A stretch of DNA of 64,000 nt from Bacteroidota bacterium (GTDB lineage Bacteria > Bacteroidota > Bacteroidia > Flavobacteriales_D > Parvicellaceae): assembly GCA_036123135.1 (NCBI GenBank), contig JAZADZ010000102.1, forward strand, positions 7,767-71,766, given 5' to 3'. The translations under genes were made by a program, and so were the position numbers. Shown piece by piece: positions 40,901 to 50,725 of this stretch. The notes beneath the pieces are model-generated. The model was not told where the DNA came from, did no database searches, and saw only the letters and a program-made list of their open reading frames with translations. Position 1 is the first letter of the stretch. Every line of letters starts with the position of its first letter.

Positions 40901-42420
40901 TCGTCTAGTATAGTTAATTCACCATCGAACGAATTGTCACTTAAATCTCCTTTAACTGAAATGTTATCATACCCATAGCCCATCACATTAAAGTCTGTAA
41001 ATTCACCATTAAGCTCAACCTCCATTTCTTTCAGCTTTACTCCTTTTCCTACAACCTTAAAATCAGAACTAAACATTCCTAAATTTTCATTATCTAAAAC
41101 ATACCCTGCATTAAAATTTGCTGTACTTAATGTTCCAGAATAAACAAATTGTTTATTGTTGATTGAACATCTAAAATCTCCAGAGATATCTCCATTGTCA
41201 CTAGAAATATCAAAATTGGTAGAAAAATCATCGTAAAATCCATCTACTACGCCCTCAAGCTTAACTACACCCAAACGTTCTAGTTCGACGGGAAGAGATA
41301 GTTTTTTACCAAATCCAAATTTATCAAGCCTTATGGTTTCTAAATCGATCTTGGAGGTCTGACAATTTTTAATATTTACTAGGATTAAACAATTTTCCAA
41401 ATCACTAAGCCCTTTAAAATTGACATCTCCTTCAAAACTTGAAATATCCGAAACTGCAAGCTTTAAATTATTGATATTTAAGTCATTTGCAGTACCGTTT
41501 ACTTCACCAGAAATATTAATTGTTCTATCAATCGATTTTAGAGAGGGCACAAAATAGCTTAAATCTTTAAAATCTAAATAAGAGGGCAATAAAGCTCCTT
41601 CCATATGAACTGCATGTACAAAATCCTTTAAATCACCTAAATCTCTGTAATTAAAGGCAATTCCTTTTGATTTGATTGAGGATTTTGATGTCTGAATAGA
41701 AAACTTTTCAAGCTTAATTTTATTTGGATGATATACAAAATGTCCATTGAGCTCTTTCACATTAAATCCAGAGGATTCATTAAAACTAATATCTGCTAAA
41801 TCTACAGCTGTTATGCCATTTCTATTTCTTAGCTCTAATATATTTCCGTTTAAATTTTTGACCTCAAGATGAGCATAATCTATTCCATACTCCATTTTGG
41901 ATTCATTCCAATTGTGATAGGAAAAATGAGTGTTTTGTAAGCCTATCTTTTCAATCTTTACAGTGAATTCGGATCCAGCACTAGAGTCTCTTTTGAAATA
42001 ATCAACTAAAAATTGCAGATTAAGTTCAGAAACTGCTTTGTTTTGCTGAATTTTTATTCTAGTATTTTCGACATTTACAAAATCAAATACAGCAAACTTA
42101 TTTTCAAAACTAAAATCTTTTAGGGTGCCCTTTACAACTGGAGCATGAAGTATTGTATCTCCAGCTAAATCAGCAATAAAAAGATTGTGCAACTCAATGT
42201 ATTCAAAACCATTTATCTTAACTCGGTCAATTAGAAAATCTGTGTCTAACACAATGGAATAATAGCTGGTGACTTTTGCAGCAAGAAATGTTTGAAAGCT
42301 GTGAGATCTAAAAAGGAAAACAAGTAAGATCAGTACAATTACAGCTAGCTCTGCTGTTCTCCAAGATAACTTGAGAAAGTTGTAAAGGATTTTTTTGATA
42401 ATTTCACTTAATATTTTCAT
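37912..42420 (-). CDS. tamB: Translocation and assembly module protein TamB-like (DUF490 C-terminus)
   Basis: 1502 aa with an N-terminal membrane anchor, a long beta-rich body, and a C-terminal block (RLTFETNLGV...GDVDVEYKLNSEGNLRVHAFNQSN). Confidence 0.7.
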   Translation of the reverse strand: MKILSEIIKKILYNFLKLSWRTAELAVIVLILLVFLFRSHSFQTFLAAKVTSYYSIVLDTDFLIDRVKINGFEYIELHNLFIADLAGDTILHAPVVKGTLKDFSFENKFAVFDFVNVENTRIKIQQNKAVSELNLQFLVDYFKRDSSAGSEFTVKIEKIGLQNTHFSYHNWNESKMEYGIDYAHLEVKNLNGNILELRNRNGITAVDLADISFNESSGFNVKELNGHFVYHPNKIKLEKFSIQTSKSSIKSKGIAFNYRDLGDLKDFVHAVHMEGALLPSYLDFKDLSYFVPSLKSIDRTINISGEVNGTANDLNINNLKLAVSDISSFEGDVNFKGLSDLENCLILVNIKNCQTSKIDLETIRLDKFGFGKKLSLPVELERLGVVKLEGVVDGFYDDFSTNFDISSDNGDISGDFRCSINNKQFVYSGTLSTANFNAGYVLDNENLGMFSSDFKVVGKGVKLKEMEVELNGEFTDFNVMGYGYDNISVKGDLSDNSFDGELTILDDNIDLFFTGEFDLSQNPIQFYFNVDVQKAHLYELNVIDSRESSSLCFNLFASGFGNTFDDFSGMVEVRNIGYYEEGRDYYFDSILFDSQSNAYSHNLELYSKFAEFKMGGSFDFDTLAVNLYQLGSKVFPSILPQKNESFVAHDDFLMDLKINDLTKLTELFFPKLSVSKDSKVKCSFNSDDEMLELYTTSDWIEYNGIRFSSIELDTSTTLELSDSSYNIEFSIDSIILRDKFFLQNINLSSSAYNDSIDFDLTWKDDDSTYSGQLLGGMRIHGPDEFEVQFLPSSIRSEKAGYWSFGDSMFLKVDSSSIEFHDVVISNENQMALLDGKISENPLDLLNFNIQNIELNDFEKLLSVDELGFSGLLNSKGNISDLYGAVYFDAVTTVDSLIVNNLLLGDFFSESKWNPKENRIELIGGLLESNGEDSRGINFKESYYYPLKMDSSLNVRFELNDFNIGFIDPFLPKDVLSNFSGKLDGELNLEGTFTVPELNGTLSLKESSINLDILNTMYLAEGEINVLPDMVEFNGIKVEDKFGTQGIAVGSFYHHNFSRYSYDFFASFNQPFMAMNTSYKMNPLYYGDAFITGDVMMEYDSINLLRINVDAKTEKGTNLTLPLYGSEDVVLQDFISFEGTENQEGNYEVSLEGIKMNLGIDLTEDAQFQLVFDEIVGDAMIGNGKGHLDMVIDQFNDFSMFGQFNVSQGSYLFTLKDFINKKFKLQSGGSISWYGDPYNAELDLITYYPLKTSLYDIMPPNEKEDWKQKKDINVLMHLTENLFNPEIDFDIEMPRGTESAKTAIRSLVSSEQEMNQQVFSLLILNKFMTDRPEISNATLDLSLSTTSEMLSSQLSNMISKFSDDFDIGFNYSPGDNISNDEVSVAMSTQQFNNRLTFETNLGVSQGNSLNKNPSSFIGDVDVEYKLNSEGNLRVHAFNQSNAYDFTNIEQSAYTQGLGVFYKQSFNNFGELFCELGNLFKAKSKECQSCQNKEGRRQCKEVSK

Positions 42421-42425
42421 TAAAA

Positions 42426-43472
42426 ATGAAAGGCTTAGTCAAAGATAACATCATTCTTGGTATTGAATCCAGCTGTGACGATACTTCAGCAGCTGTACTT
42501 ATTAACGGAAGAGTACATTCAAACGTTATTGCAAATCAAGAAGTTCACGCTGCATATGGAGGAGTTGTTCCAGAACTTGCATCAAGAGCACATCAACAGA
42601 ACATCGTTCCTGTTGTTGACAGAGCACTTAAGCTTGCAAAAGTCAGCCCTGAAGATCTTTCAGCAATTGCTTTTACGAAGGGACCGGGTTTACTTGGTTC
42701 ACTTATGGTTGGAACTTCTTTTGCAAAGGCCCTTGGGCTAGGATTAAACATTCCAATTATTGATGTTCATCATATGAAAGCACATGTTCAAGCTCATTTT
42801 ATTCAATACAATGGTAAAGATCACCCCGTTCCAAAATTTCCATTTTTATGCTTGACCGTTTCTGGTGGTCACACTCAAATTGTATTGGTTGAAAATCACA
42901 CATCAATGAAGGTAATTGGAGAAACCATTGATGATGCTGCTGGCGAAGCTTTTGATAAAGCTGCCAAACAACTTGGAATAGATTATCCGGGAGGTCCAGT
43001 CATTGATCAATTGGCAAAAAAAGGAAATTCAGAAAAATATACATTCACATTTCCGAAAGTAGATGGTTTAAATTACAGTTTTAGTGGACTTAAGACACAA
43101 TTCATGTATTTCTTGCGCGAAAATTCTATTAAGGACACTAATTTTATCAAACACAACATGAATGACATCTGTGCATCTTATCAGCAACACATTATCAATT
43201 ATTTGCTTATAAAGCTGAAAAAGGCCATCAAAACCACAAATTGTAAAGCCATAGCAATTGCTGGTGGTGTCTCAGCAAATTCAAAACTCAGATTTGAAGT
43301 AAATAGGTTGGGAAAAGAACAAGGTTGTGAAGTGTTTATTCCAAGTTTTGAGTTTTGTACAGACAATGCAGCCATGATTGCGATGAGCGGATATTTTATG
43401 TACCAAAAACAACTTTTTGCCAAGCAGAGTGTTACTCCAATGGCAAGAATCAATTTAAACTCACACCATTGA
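42426..43472 (+). CDS. tsaD: tRNA N6-adenosine threonylcarbamoyltransferase
   Basis: ILGIESSCDDTSAAV, GVVPELASRAH, LCLTVSGGHTQ, GGVSANS. Confidence 0.95.
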   Translation: MKGLVKDNIILGIESSCDDTSAAVLINGRVHSNVIANQEVHAAYGGVVPELASRAHQQNIVPVVDRALKLAKVSPEDLSAIAFTKGPGLLGSLMVGTSFAKALGLGLNIPIIDVHHMKAHVQAHFIQYNGKDHPVPKFPFLCLTVSGGHTQIVLVENHTSMKVIGETIDDAAGEAFDKAAKQLGIDYPGGPVIDQLAKKGNSEKYTFTFPKVDGLNYSFSGLKTQFMYFLRENSIKDTNFIKHNMNDICASYQQHIINYLLIKLKKAIKTTNCKAIAIAGGVSANSKLRFEVNRLGKEQGCEVFIPSFEFCTDNAAMIAMSGYFMYQKQLFAKQSVTPMARINLNSHH

Positions 43473-45568
43473 AAGTAACTCTTAAAATTGAAGGTATTTC
43501 TTGTAACAGTTGCGCTAAGACCATTGAAAATCATCTTATAAATAAACAGTGTAGCAAAATTAATGTAAGCAGTGTTTTAGGTGAGGCTTCATTTGAAATA
43601 AAACAAGACTTCCCTGTAAAGGAAATTACAGATTCTCTTTCAAAATTGGGGTACCCTTCAAAAGAAAAAAATAAGAATGAAACCAAAGAAGATAAACCTT
43701 GGGATTTACTATTGATAAAGCTGATTATATGTACTCTATTTACTATTCCTCTCCTATTGCATATGGTTGTCCACAACCAATCGATACTTAACAATCCAAT
43801 TGTTCAGCTTGGATTGTGTATTCCAGTTTTCATTATTGGCATTCTTCATTTTGGTAAAAGTGCTTTGAATTCAATTCAGCAAAAATCTGCCAATATGGAT
43901 GTTCTAATTTTCATTGGAAGTAGTTCAGCATTTATTTACAGTTTTTTTGGAACATTTATCCTACAAGCTGTTGATTACCACCATTATTTATTTTTCGAAA
44001 CATCTGCAAGTATTATTACTCTAGTTCTTCTTGGAAATTATCTTGAAAAAAAAGCGGTGAAAAACACTACCTCCTCCTTAAGGGATCTACAGAATTTACA
44101 AGTTAAAACTGCACTACTTGTTCGTCAAGACGGTACTACTCAAATAATTGAATCAGCCAGCATCAAAAAAGACGATTGTTTGTTAATAAAACAAGGAGAT
44201 TGCATCCCTACTGATGGGCTCATTATTAAAGGAAATGGAAGTTTAAACGAATCTCTTATCACTGGAGAGTCATCACCAGTTGCTAAAAGTACCTCATCGA
44301 AGGTAATCGCAGGAAGTATTTTAGTTGATGGAATCCTAGAAATTAAAGCGCTCAATACCACAGCGAACAATACCATAAGTCAAATAGAAAAATTAGTTGT
44401 TCAGGCTCAGCAGAATCAACCTGATGTTCAGAAAATTGGTGATAAAGTAAGCAGTGTGTTCGTTCCTGTTGTTGTTTGTATCTCACTATTTACTTTTTTA
44501 GCTAGTTGGCAGTTTGCTTCACTTGGAATTCAACAGTCTTTACTTTCTGCAATTGCTGTTTTGGTAATCAGCTGCCCTTGCGCTATGGGATTAGCAACTC
44601 CTACTGCTGTAATGGTTGGAATTGGGAAACTAGCAAAACAAGGGGCTTTGATAAAAAGTGGAAAATCGCTTGAAAAAATTGCTTCAGCAGAAACGTTTAT
44701 TTTTGACAAAACTGGCACTCTCACCACTGGTAAGTTTAAAATATCCAAAATTGCCCCTCAACTTGAGTTAAGTATTGAGGAATGTGAATCAATTTTGAAA
44801 AGCCTAGAGCTACACTCCAACCACCCAATTGCCCAATCCATTGTTGCTGAACTAGAGCATTCAAAAATAATTCAGCTCAAAAATATTGAGGAGCAAAAAG
44901 GAATTTCAATTTCTGGAAATGATGAAAACAATTCTATTTGGAAAATTGGATCCGAAAGAATTCTACCTTCAAAAAGTGAATCAAATGCAACTCTATTCTT
45001 ACTGAAAAATGATACAATTGCCGCTGAAATTTGGATGGAAGATGAGCTAAAAAGTGAGGCTCACCTTCTTGTAAAATATCTAAAAACCGTTGGCAAAAGA
45101 ACAATTCTTTTATCTGGAGACAAAAAAGAGAAATGCTTAGCTGTAGCAAATGCTTTAGAAATTGATGAATGCCATTATGAAATGCTTCCTAGCGAAAAGA
45201 TGGCTTTGGTTCAAAAAATTTCAAAAACTGAAAATACGGTTATGCTAGGAGATGGCATAAATGATGCTCCTGCTCTATCTACAGCTCACGTTGGAATCTC
45301 CTTTGGTAAAGCTACTGAAATAGCACAAAATTCATCGGAAGTAATCATTTTAGGAAAAGAAGAATTAAAAAAGGTTATTTGTGTGGTTAAAGGAAGTAAG
45401 GAAACGCTTAAGACCATACACCAAAATCTATTTTGGGCACTTGCTTACAACATCTTTGCTATTCCAATTGCTGCAATTGGTCTACTCTCTCCAATTATAG
45501 CCGCAGGATCTATGGCCTTTTCAGATTTAATCGTTATTGGAAATTCACTTCGAATTAGGTTCAAGTAA
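43469..45568 (+). CDS. Heavy-metal (Cu+-type) translocating P1B-type ATPase with one N-terminal HMA domain
   Basis: TTG at 43469 overlaps the tsaD stop (TTGA) and gives MKVTLKIEGISCNSCAKTIENH (HMA CxxC). CPC (SCPCAMGLATP), DKTGT (FDKTGTLT), GDGINDAP. Confidence 0.85.
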   Translation: MKVTLKIEGISCNSCAKTIENHLINKQCSKINVSSVLGEASFEIKQDFPVKEITDSLSKLGYPSKEKNKNETKEDKPWDLLLIKLIICTLFTIPLLLHMVVHNQSILNNPIVQLGLCIPVFIIGILHFGKSALNSIQQKSANMDVLIFIGSSSAFIYSFFGTFILQAVDYHHYLFFETSASIITLVLLGNYLEKKAVKNTTSSLRDLQNLQVKTALLVRQDGTTQIIESASIKKDDCLLIKQGDCIPTDGLIIKGNGSLNESLITGESSPVAKSTSSKVIAGSILVDGILEIKALNTTANNTISQIEKLVVQAQQNQPDVQKIGDKVSSVFVPVVVCISLFTFLASWQFASLGIQQSLLSAIAVLVISCPCAMGLATPTAVMVGIGKLAKQGALIKSGKSLEKIASAETFIFDKTGTLTTGKFKISKIAPQLELSIEECESILKSLELHSNHPIAQSIVAELEHSKIIQLKNIEEQKGISISGNDENNSIWKIGSERILPSKSESNATLFLLKNDTIAAEIWMEDELKSEAHLLVKYLKTVGKRTILLSGDKKEKCLAVANALEIDECHYEMLPSEKMALVQKISKTENTVMLGDGINDAPALSTAHVGISFGKATEIAQNSSEVIILGKEELKKVICVVKGSKETLKTIHQNLFWALAYNIFAIPIAAIGLLSPIIAAGSMAFSDLIVIGNSLRIRFK

Positions 45569-45569
45569 G

Positions 45570-48500
45570 TCAACTAACGGAACTTTTTTTAATGCGTTTT
45601 TGTCTAATGCCTGATGCAATTATCAGTAGAAAAATTGAACCTATGGTAACCCAAGCCCACATTGGAAAAATTGGTGTTTCTCCTCTAGCGTAGCTGTGTA
45701 GTCCTTTGGATAAGTAGTAATTTACTCCTATGAAGGTCATTAGTACACTTGAGAAGCCAAGAACAGCAGCAACGTTAAAAATATACCTACTACGCATTCC
45801 AGGGATAAGTCTAAAATGTAAAATTACTGCGTAAGTAAGCACAATCACAAGTGCCCAAGTTTCTTTTGCATCCCATCCCCAATATCTTCCCCAAGATTCA
45901 TTGGCCCAAATTCCTCCTAGAAAAGTACCTATAGTAGCTAAAATTAAACCAATTGTTAAGGTTAGTTCATTGATGTAGGTAAGCTCGCTAATTACGCCAC
46001 CTAAACGAACTGCATTTGTTTTACTTTTAAATAAATAAGTAGTTAAGTTAATTAATCCAAGAATGAAACCAAGTCCAAGAAATCCATAGCTTATGGTTAT
46101 GCACGCCACATGAATCATTAGCCAATACGATTTTAAAACAGGTTGTAAGTTAGTAAGCTGTGGATCAAAACTACTGTGCCCTGCAGTCATTAAAATGAAA
46201 AAAGCCAATAGAGAAGTTGCAGCTAACGTAATTTTAGAGTTTCGAATAAAAAACATACCAGCAAGCACACTTCCCCAAGCAATAAAAGTAAGTGCTTCAT
46301 ATCCATTACTCCATGGGGCATGGCCAGTAATTTTCCATCTCAGACCTAATCCATAGGTATGATAAATAAAAGTGATTCCCAAACAAAAAATCAGTACCCA
46401 CAAAATTCCATTTAGAGTTTTAAACCAAATACCTTTCCTATTGGCAACAAGAGCATCGATAAAACTAAACAGTAATAAAAAGATTGCCAATACTCCATAA
46501 TAGTTTTTAAGACTATTGAAAATATTTTTTTGATTGTAATAAATTTCTAAATCAACTAAATCCTCTTCAGGCAAAATGCTTTTATCGGCCAAAAGTTTCT
46601 GTATGGATTTCATTGTCTTTAGCATTGAATTTGCAGCAGTGTAGTCGCCATTTTTTTTGGCTTCTGAAACGTCATTAAGATAGGTCAACCATATCTTTGA
46701 GAGAGTGATTCCGCTCTCTTGATGACTTCCCATAGCGATGGGAAGATTGGCATTTTTATCGCTCCAGTTGATCCACTTATTAGAAGGATCATCCTTGATT
46801 GGGAAAATGTTGATTAAGTCGCCATACATTAATTGTATGAGTATGTTAAACCGCTCGTTGGCCTTTATGAGCTCTTTGTCAAAAACATTTTTGTTGATGT
46901 CTTTTTTGTTGAAACTCTTTTGCAGTTGGGTAAGTAGCTTCTCTTGTCCGTTAGAATCCAGAAAATCTTTAACACTTGCGTATTTTCCTTCAATGCCTAA
47001 AGAGTCGGATACTCCAGTCCCGCCTTTTACATATATGATTTTTTGATTGGTCCAAAAATCGGAATCAATCATGAAGTCAATAAAAACTTGCATCGCATCA
47101 ACATCGATTGAATCATTGACTGTAAAACGATCTTTCTTACTTACTTTATGAAAAACATCATATGCTAAAGTATGAAGGGGTTGAATTCTACCTTCATAGG
47201 ATTGAACAAGAAGTTTACCTAAACTATCGGAATGGTCAACTAAAACTGGATTGTAGTTTTGGGCGGTTGTAGAAAATGCAATTAGTAATGGGATGAAAGC
47301 CAGTTGCTTGTATCTGTTTTTTCGGATTTTGACAATTTTTTTTCTGACCTGTAAAAATCTAGAATTCTTGTTTAAAAGCGTTCCAACAAAACCTATTGCC
47401 AATAATAAATATCCAAGATAGGAAAGCCATGTTCCCCAAAAGTCGTGGTTGACTGAAAGAATAGTGATGTCTGGGTCTAAACCAGCACTCTTTGCTTGGT
47501 CACTGGACCAATCATAGCTAGATTGAAAAAAACGATACCCATCGTAATCAACCACATGATTCATAAATAAATTATAATCGTCTTCTTTTTCTTTCAGTGT
47601 GTCAACTATTGTAAGGTCACTTTCATAACTACTTGGACTTTCAGAACCAGGATATTTCAATAACCTAAAATCTTGCAGTTTAATCTCAAAAGGAAGTTCT
47701 ATTTTTTTTGCTCCATAAGCCAACTGAAAAAACCATCCTCCTAATTGCTCCATGTGAGGTTTAGGTTGCAATCCAGCACCTCCATAAACTACGAAATCTT
47801 TGGATTCTCCACCATAGGATAAGTTAATTTTGAAGGCATCAGGAAGTTCAGTATCGTCTGTTGAAACAATTTCCATCTTTGCTTTTGGATGTATGGTGCT
47901 GACCATTATTTGCGTTCCACCAATGTTAACAAGATTTCTTAATCCGATTGAGTGTAAACTATCTCTTGAAAGCGTATCCATGGGAATCTCAGAAAATGAT
48001 TTTTGTCTATCCTCAATGGAAAGGCTAGCCATATCGGTTCTTAGCAGGTCATAAGGAGAGAATATAAAAAAACCTGACTCATCTTCGAAAAACTTAATGG
48101 CATCCGTTCTTTCGTTCGTATTAAATGATATCCAGGTTTGACCCTTTTTTAATGACTCACCTTCCTTAATGTAAACATTTTCTCTGCCTGGAAATACTAG
48201 TTCTAGAAGACGTGAACCATCTGCAACATTTGTTCTGAGTTCCTCTTTTGCATTAGGAATTCGATCGATACAATCCAACGCTAATGAAGTGTTGTTGGGA
48301 AATTCAAATCGGTAATCGAATTCATCTTCTGTTACAGGTGTAAAAAAACGTTTTTCTGAAAAATTAAACTGCTGGTTTTCGTTGTGTGCAAAAATCTGAA
48401 AGTAAGGATCTGCAGTGAATATTTCATTCACAGACTGTTTTTCTGGGATAATCATTACACCTTCATATCCAAGGTATCTTGTTATTCCAGCACCAAGAAT

Positions 48501-48761
48501 TACAATGATGAATCCAAAGTGAATCAATAACATACTTAATTTTTCACGAGAGAAAAGAGCATATCTTTTGATGTTGTAAACAAAATTTATCATCAATAGA
48601 AGAAGAATGAGCTCGAACCATTTGGCATTAAAAATTAGCACACGCGCAGTGATGGTATCAAAGCTATTTTCGATGAATGTTGCAGCACCTATGGCAATAG
48701 AAAAGAGGAGCAAAAGAATTGCCATTGCTCTAGTAGAAATAAGAAATTTTAAAAATTTCAC
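45570..48761 (-). CDS. ccsBA: Fused cytochrome c biogenesis protein CcsBA (ResB-like N-terminus + CcsA C-terminus)
   Basis: 1063 aa. ResB-like N-terminal half. C-terminal W-rich heme-handling motif WGRYWGWDAKETW with flanking TM helices. Confidence 0.8.
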   Translation of the reverse strand: MKFLKFLISTRAMAILLLLFSIAIGAATFIENSFDTITARVLIFNAKWFELILLLLMINFVYNIKRYALFSREKLSMLLIHFGFIIVILGAGITRYLGYEGVMIIPEKQSVNEIFTADPYFQIFAHNENQQFNFSEKRFFTPVTEDEFDYRFEFPNNTSLALDCIDRIPNAKEELRTNVADGSRLLELVFPGRENVYIKEGESLKKGQTWISFNTNERTDAIKFFEDESGFFIFSPYDLLRTDMASLSIEDRQKSFSEIPMDTLSRDSLHSIGLRNLVNIGGTQIMVSTIHPKAKMEIVSTDDTELPDAFKINLSYGGESKDFVVYGGAGLQPKPHMEQLGGWFFQLAYGAKKIELPFEIKLQDFRLLKYPGSESPSSYESDLTIVDTLKEKEDDYNLFMNHVVDYDGYRFFQSSYDWSSDQAKSAGLDPDITILSVNHDFWGTWLSYLGYLLLAIGFVGTLLNKNSRFLQVRKKIVKIRKNRYKQLAFIPLLIAFSTTAQNYNPVLVDHSDSLGKLLVQSYEGRIQPLHTLAYDVFHKVSKKDRFTVNDSIDVDAMQVFIDFMIDSDFWTNQKIIYVKGGTGVSDSLGIEGKYASVKDFLDSNGQEKLLTQLQKSFNKKDINKNVFDKELIKANERFNILIQLMYGDLINIFPIKDDPSNKWINWSDKNANLPIAMGSHQESGITLSKIWLTYLNDVSEAKKNGDYTAANSMLKTMKSIQKLLADKSILPEEDLVDLEIYYNQKNIFNSLKNYYGVLAIFLLLFSFIDALVANRKGIWFKTLNGILWVLIFCLGITFIYHTYGLGLRWKITGHAPWSNGYEALTFIAWGSVLAGMFFIRNSKITLAATSLLAFFILMTAGHSSFDPQLTNLQPVLKSYWLMIHVACITISYGFLGLGFILGLINLTTYLFKSKTNAVRLGGVISELTYINELTLTIGLILATIGTFLGGIWANESWGRYWGWDAKETWALVIVLTYAVILHFRLIPGMRSRYIFNVAAVLGFSSVLMTFIGVNYYLSKGLHSYARGETPIFPMWAWVTIGSIFLLIIASGIRQKRIKKSSVS

Positions 48762-48891
48762 TTACTAATTTTGGTACGAAAATAAAAAAATTGAAATTTG
48801 ATGCTTACGCAGTTTAGTTGAAATAAAGCAATTCTTTGTTTCTCAGGGGTGAAATTATTTAAACAAAACTATATTTAAGAAATTTTAACAA

Positions 48892-49818
48892 ATGAACTAT
48901 GTAAATACTGAGATAAGATCGTTTGACCTTATTCCATTGACTCTATATCATTGGGAATGCGAAAATCCTAAAGCAATTGTTCATATAGTACATGGAATGA
49001 GCGAACATGCTGCAAGGTATGACCATTTTGCAAGCTGGCTAAATGAAAATGATATTTCTGTAGTATCCTCAGATTTAAGAGGTCATGGTAAAACTGCTGG
49101 TGAGCTGAGAAATGTTGGACATTTCGCAACTAGAAACGGTTGGGAAAAAGTATGCAAAGATATTTGTCTAATTACTGAAGAAACCATCAAAAAACATCCG
49201 AACCTTCCTATCATTTTTTTGGGTCATAGTATGGGTTCTTTTTTAATTCGTAAAATCAGCTATTCATTTGGAAATTTCGGAAGTGGTTACATATTTTCAT
49301 CTACAGCAGGTCATCCAGGACTTATCGGAATTGCTGGTGTTCGTATTGCAAAACTTAATGTTAAACTCATGGGCAGAAGAAATAAATCTCAGCTTATGAC
49401 CCAATTAACTTTTGGAGATTTTAACAAAAAATACAAAAACAAAAAAACAAAAAAAGATTGGTTGACAAAAGACGAAAGTATTGTAAATCAGTATATTAAT
49501 GACCCTTACTGCATGCAAACATTTAGCTCACAATTTTACAACGACCTTGTTGAGGGCGTACTTGAAATAAACGAAATATCCAACATAAATAAAATGGTTA
49601 AGAACCTACCTGTTTTATTGTTCGCTGGAGATATGGATCCTGTTGGAAATTATGGAAAGGGAACTAAAGAGGTGTACGAGAAAATGAAAAAATGTGGAGT
49701 TAAAGATATAGAACTTGTTCTGTATGAAGATGGAAGACATGAAATGTTAAATGAAACCAATAAAATGGATGTTTATCAGATGATTTTAAATTGGATAACT
49801 TCTAAATTCAATGTATGA
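48892..49818 (+). CDS. Alpha/beta hydrolase (lysophospholipase/monoacylglycerol-lipase-like)
   Basis: HGMSEH..., nucleophile elbow GHSMGS, C-terminal DGRHE. Confidence 0.7.
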   Translation: MNYVNTEIRSFDLIPLTLYHWECENPKAIVHIVHGMSEHAARYDHFASWLNENDISVVSSDLRGHGKTAGELRNVGHFATRNGWEKVCKDICLITEETIKKHPNLPIIFLGHSMGSFLIRKISYSFGNFGSGYIFSSTAGHPGLIGIAGVRIAKLNVKLMGRRNKSQLMTQLTFGDFNKKYKNKKTKKDWLTKDESIVNQYINDPYCMQTFSSQFYNDLVEGVLEINEISNINKMVKNLPVLLFAGDMDPVGNYGKGTKEVYEKMKKCGVKDIELVLYEDGRHEMLNETNKMDVYQMILNWITSKFNV

Positions 49819-50471
49819 TTCGAGAAAATTTACAACATATTCTAAGCGACATACCATCTAACGTTCAGTTGGTGGCTGTTTCTAAAACCAAACCAAATGA
49901 AGATATACTAATTGCCTACGATAGTGGACAACGACATTTTGGGGAAAATAAGGTCCAAGAACTGAATCAAAAGCAACAACAGCTTCCAAAGGATATCAAA
50001 TGGCACATGATTGGTCACTTGCAAACCAACAAAGTAAAATACATTGCTCCTTTCATTCACCTCATCCATGGGGTTGATAGCATTAAACTGCTAAAGGAAA
50101 TTAACAAGCAGGCAAAAAAAAACAATAGAACAATCGAATGTCTCCTTCAATTTCACATTGCAAGTGAACAAAGTAAATTTGGATTAAGCCGAGCTCAAGC
50201 AATAGAAATCATCCTTTCTGATGAATTTAATGCTCTAAATAATATTTGTATAAAAGGAGTCATGGGAATGGCAAGTTTTACATCTGACCACAATAAGATT
50301 GAAGAAGAATTTTCAGTATTAAAAGCTATATTTGATGAACTGAAAAATATAACCCCTTATCCGAATTCATTTGATTGTATTTCAATGGGAATGAGTGGAG
50401 ATTATAAAATTGCCATAAAAAAGGGATCAAATATGATTAGAATTGGTAGCACTATTTTCGGTTCTAGATAA
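49815..50471 (+). CDS. yggS: YggS-family pyridoxal-phosphate homeostasis protein
   Basis: VAVSKTKP, FGENKVQE, WHMIGHLQTNKVKY, MGMSGD, IRIGSTIFG. Confidence 0.9.
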   Translation: MIRENLQHILSDIPSNVQLVAVSKTKPNEDILIAYDSGQRHFGENKVQELNQKQQQLPKDIKWHMIGHLQTNKVKYIAPFIHLIHGVDSIKLLKEINKQAKKNNRTIECLLQFHIASEQSKFGLSRAQAIEIILSDEFNALNNICIKGVMGMASFTSDHNKIEEEFSVLKAIFDELKNITPYPNSFDCISMGMSGDYKIAIKKGSNMIRIGSTIFGSR

Positions 50472-50625
50472 GTTAGTTGTCAACTTGTCAAGTTGGCACC
50501 CTTTATTTAGCAATTCATGGCTAAAAAAATACAATCCATCTAAAAAATGAATCACCGACGAAAAACCCCTATATATTTGTATTAGGGGTAGTCAAATATA
50601 TGTTGCTTAATGCAACTTATTTGAG

Positions 50626-50655
50626 GGGAGCTTTTCTTAAGCTCCCTTTTTTTTT
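50626..50655 (+). terminator. Intrinsic terminator (gggagctt / aagctccc, 8 bp, followed by 9 T)
   Basis: Read directly in the sequence. It lies 155 nt downstream of the yggS stop. Confidence 0.7.
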
Positions 50656-50699
50656 GTCCAAACTTCTTCACAATCTAGACTACTTTTCTTTGTTAATTG

Positions 50700-50707
50700 T
50701 ACATTTG
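50700..50707 (+). promoter_or_regulatory. Candidate -7 box TACATTTG for the downstream operon
   Basis: Exact TAnnTTTG match 19 nt upstream of the ATG at 50726 and downstream of the terminator. Confidence 0.4.
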
Positions 50708-50725
50708 CCAAAATGATTTTTTAAA

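Noticed and set aside
43355-43468. 38-codon N-terminal extension of the P-type ATPase ORF overlapping tsaD
   Set aside because: The extension is Cys/His-rich with no HMA fold. TTG at 43469 starts exactly at the HMA domain (MKVTLKIEG...) and overlaps the tsaD stop by 4 nt. The same reasoning applies to the track starts 23617, 25837, 29069 and 52008.
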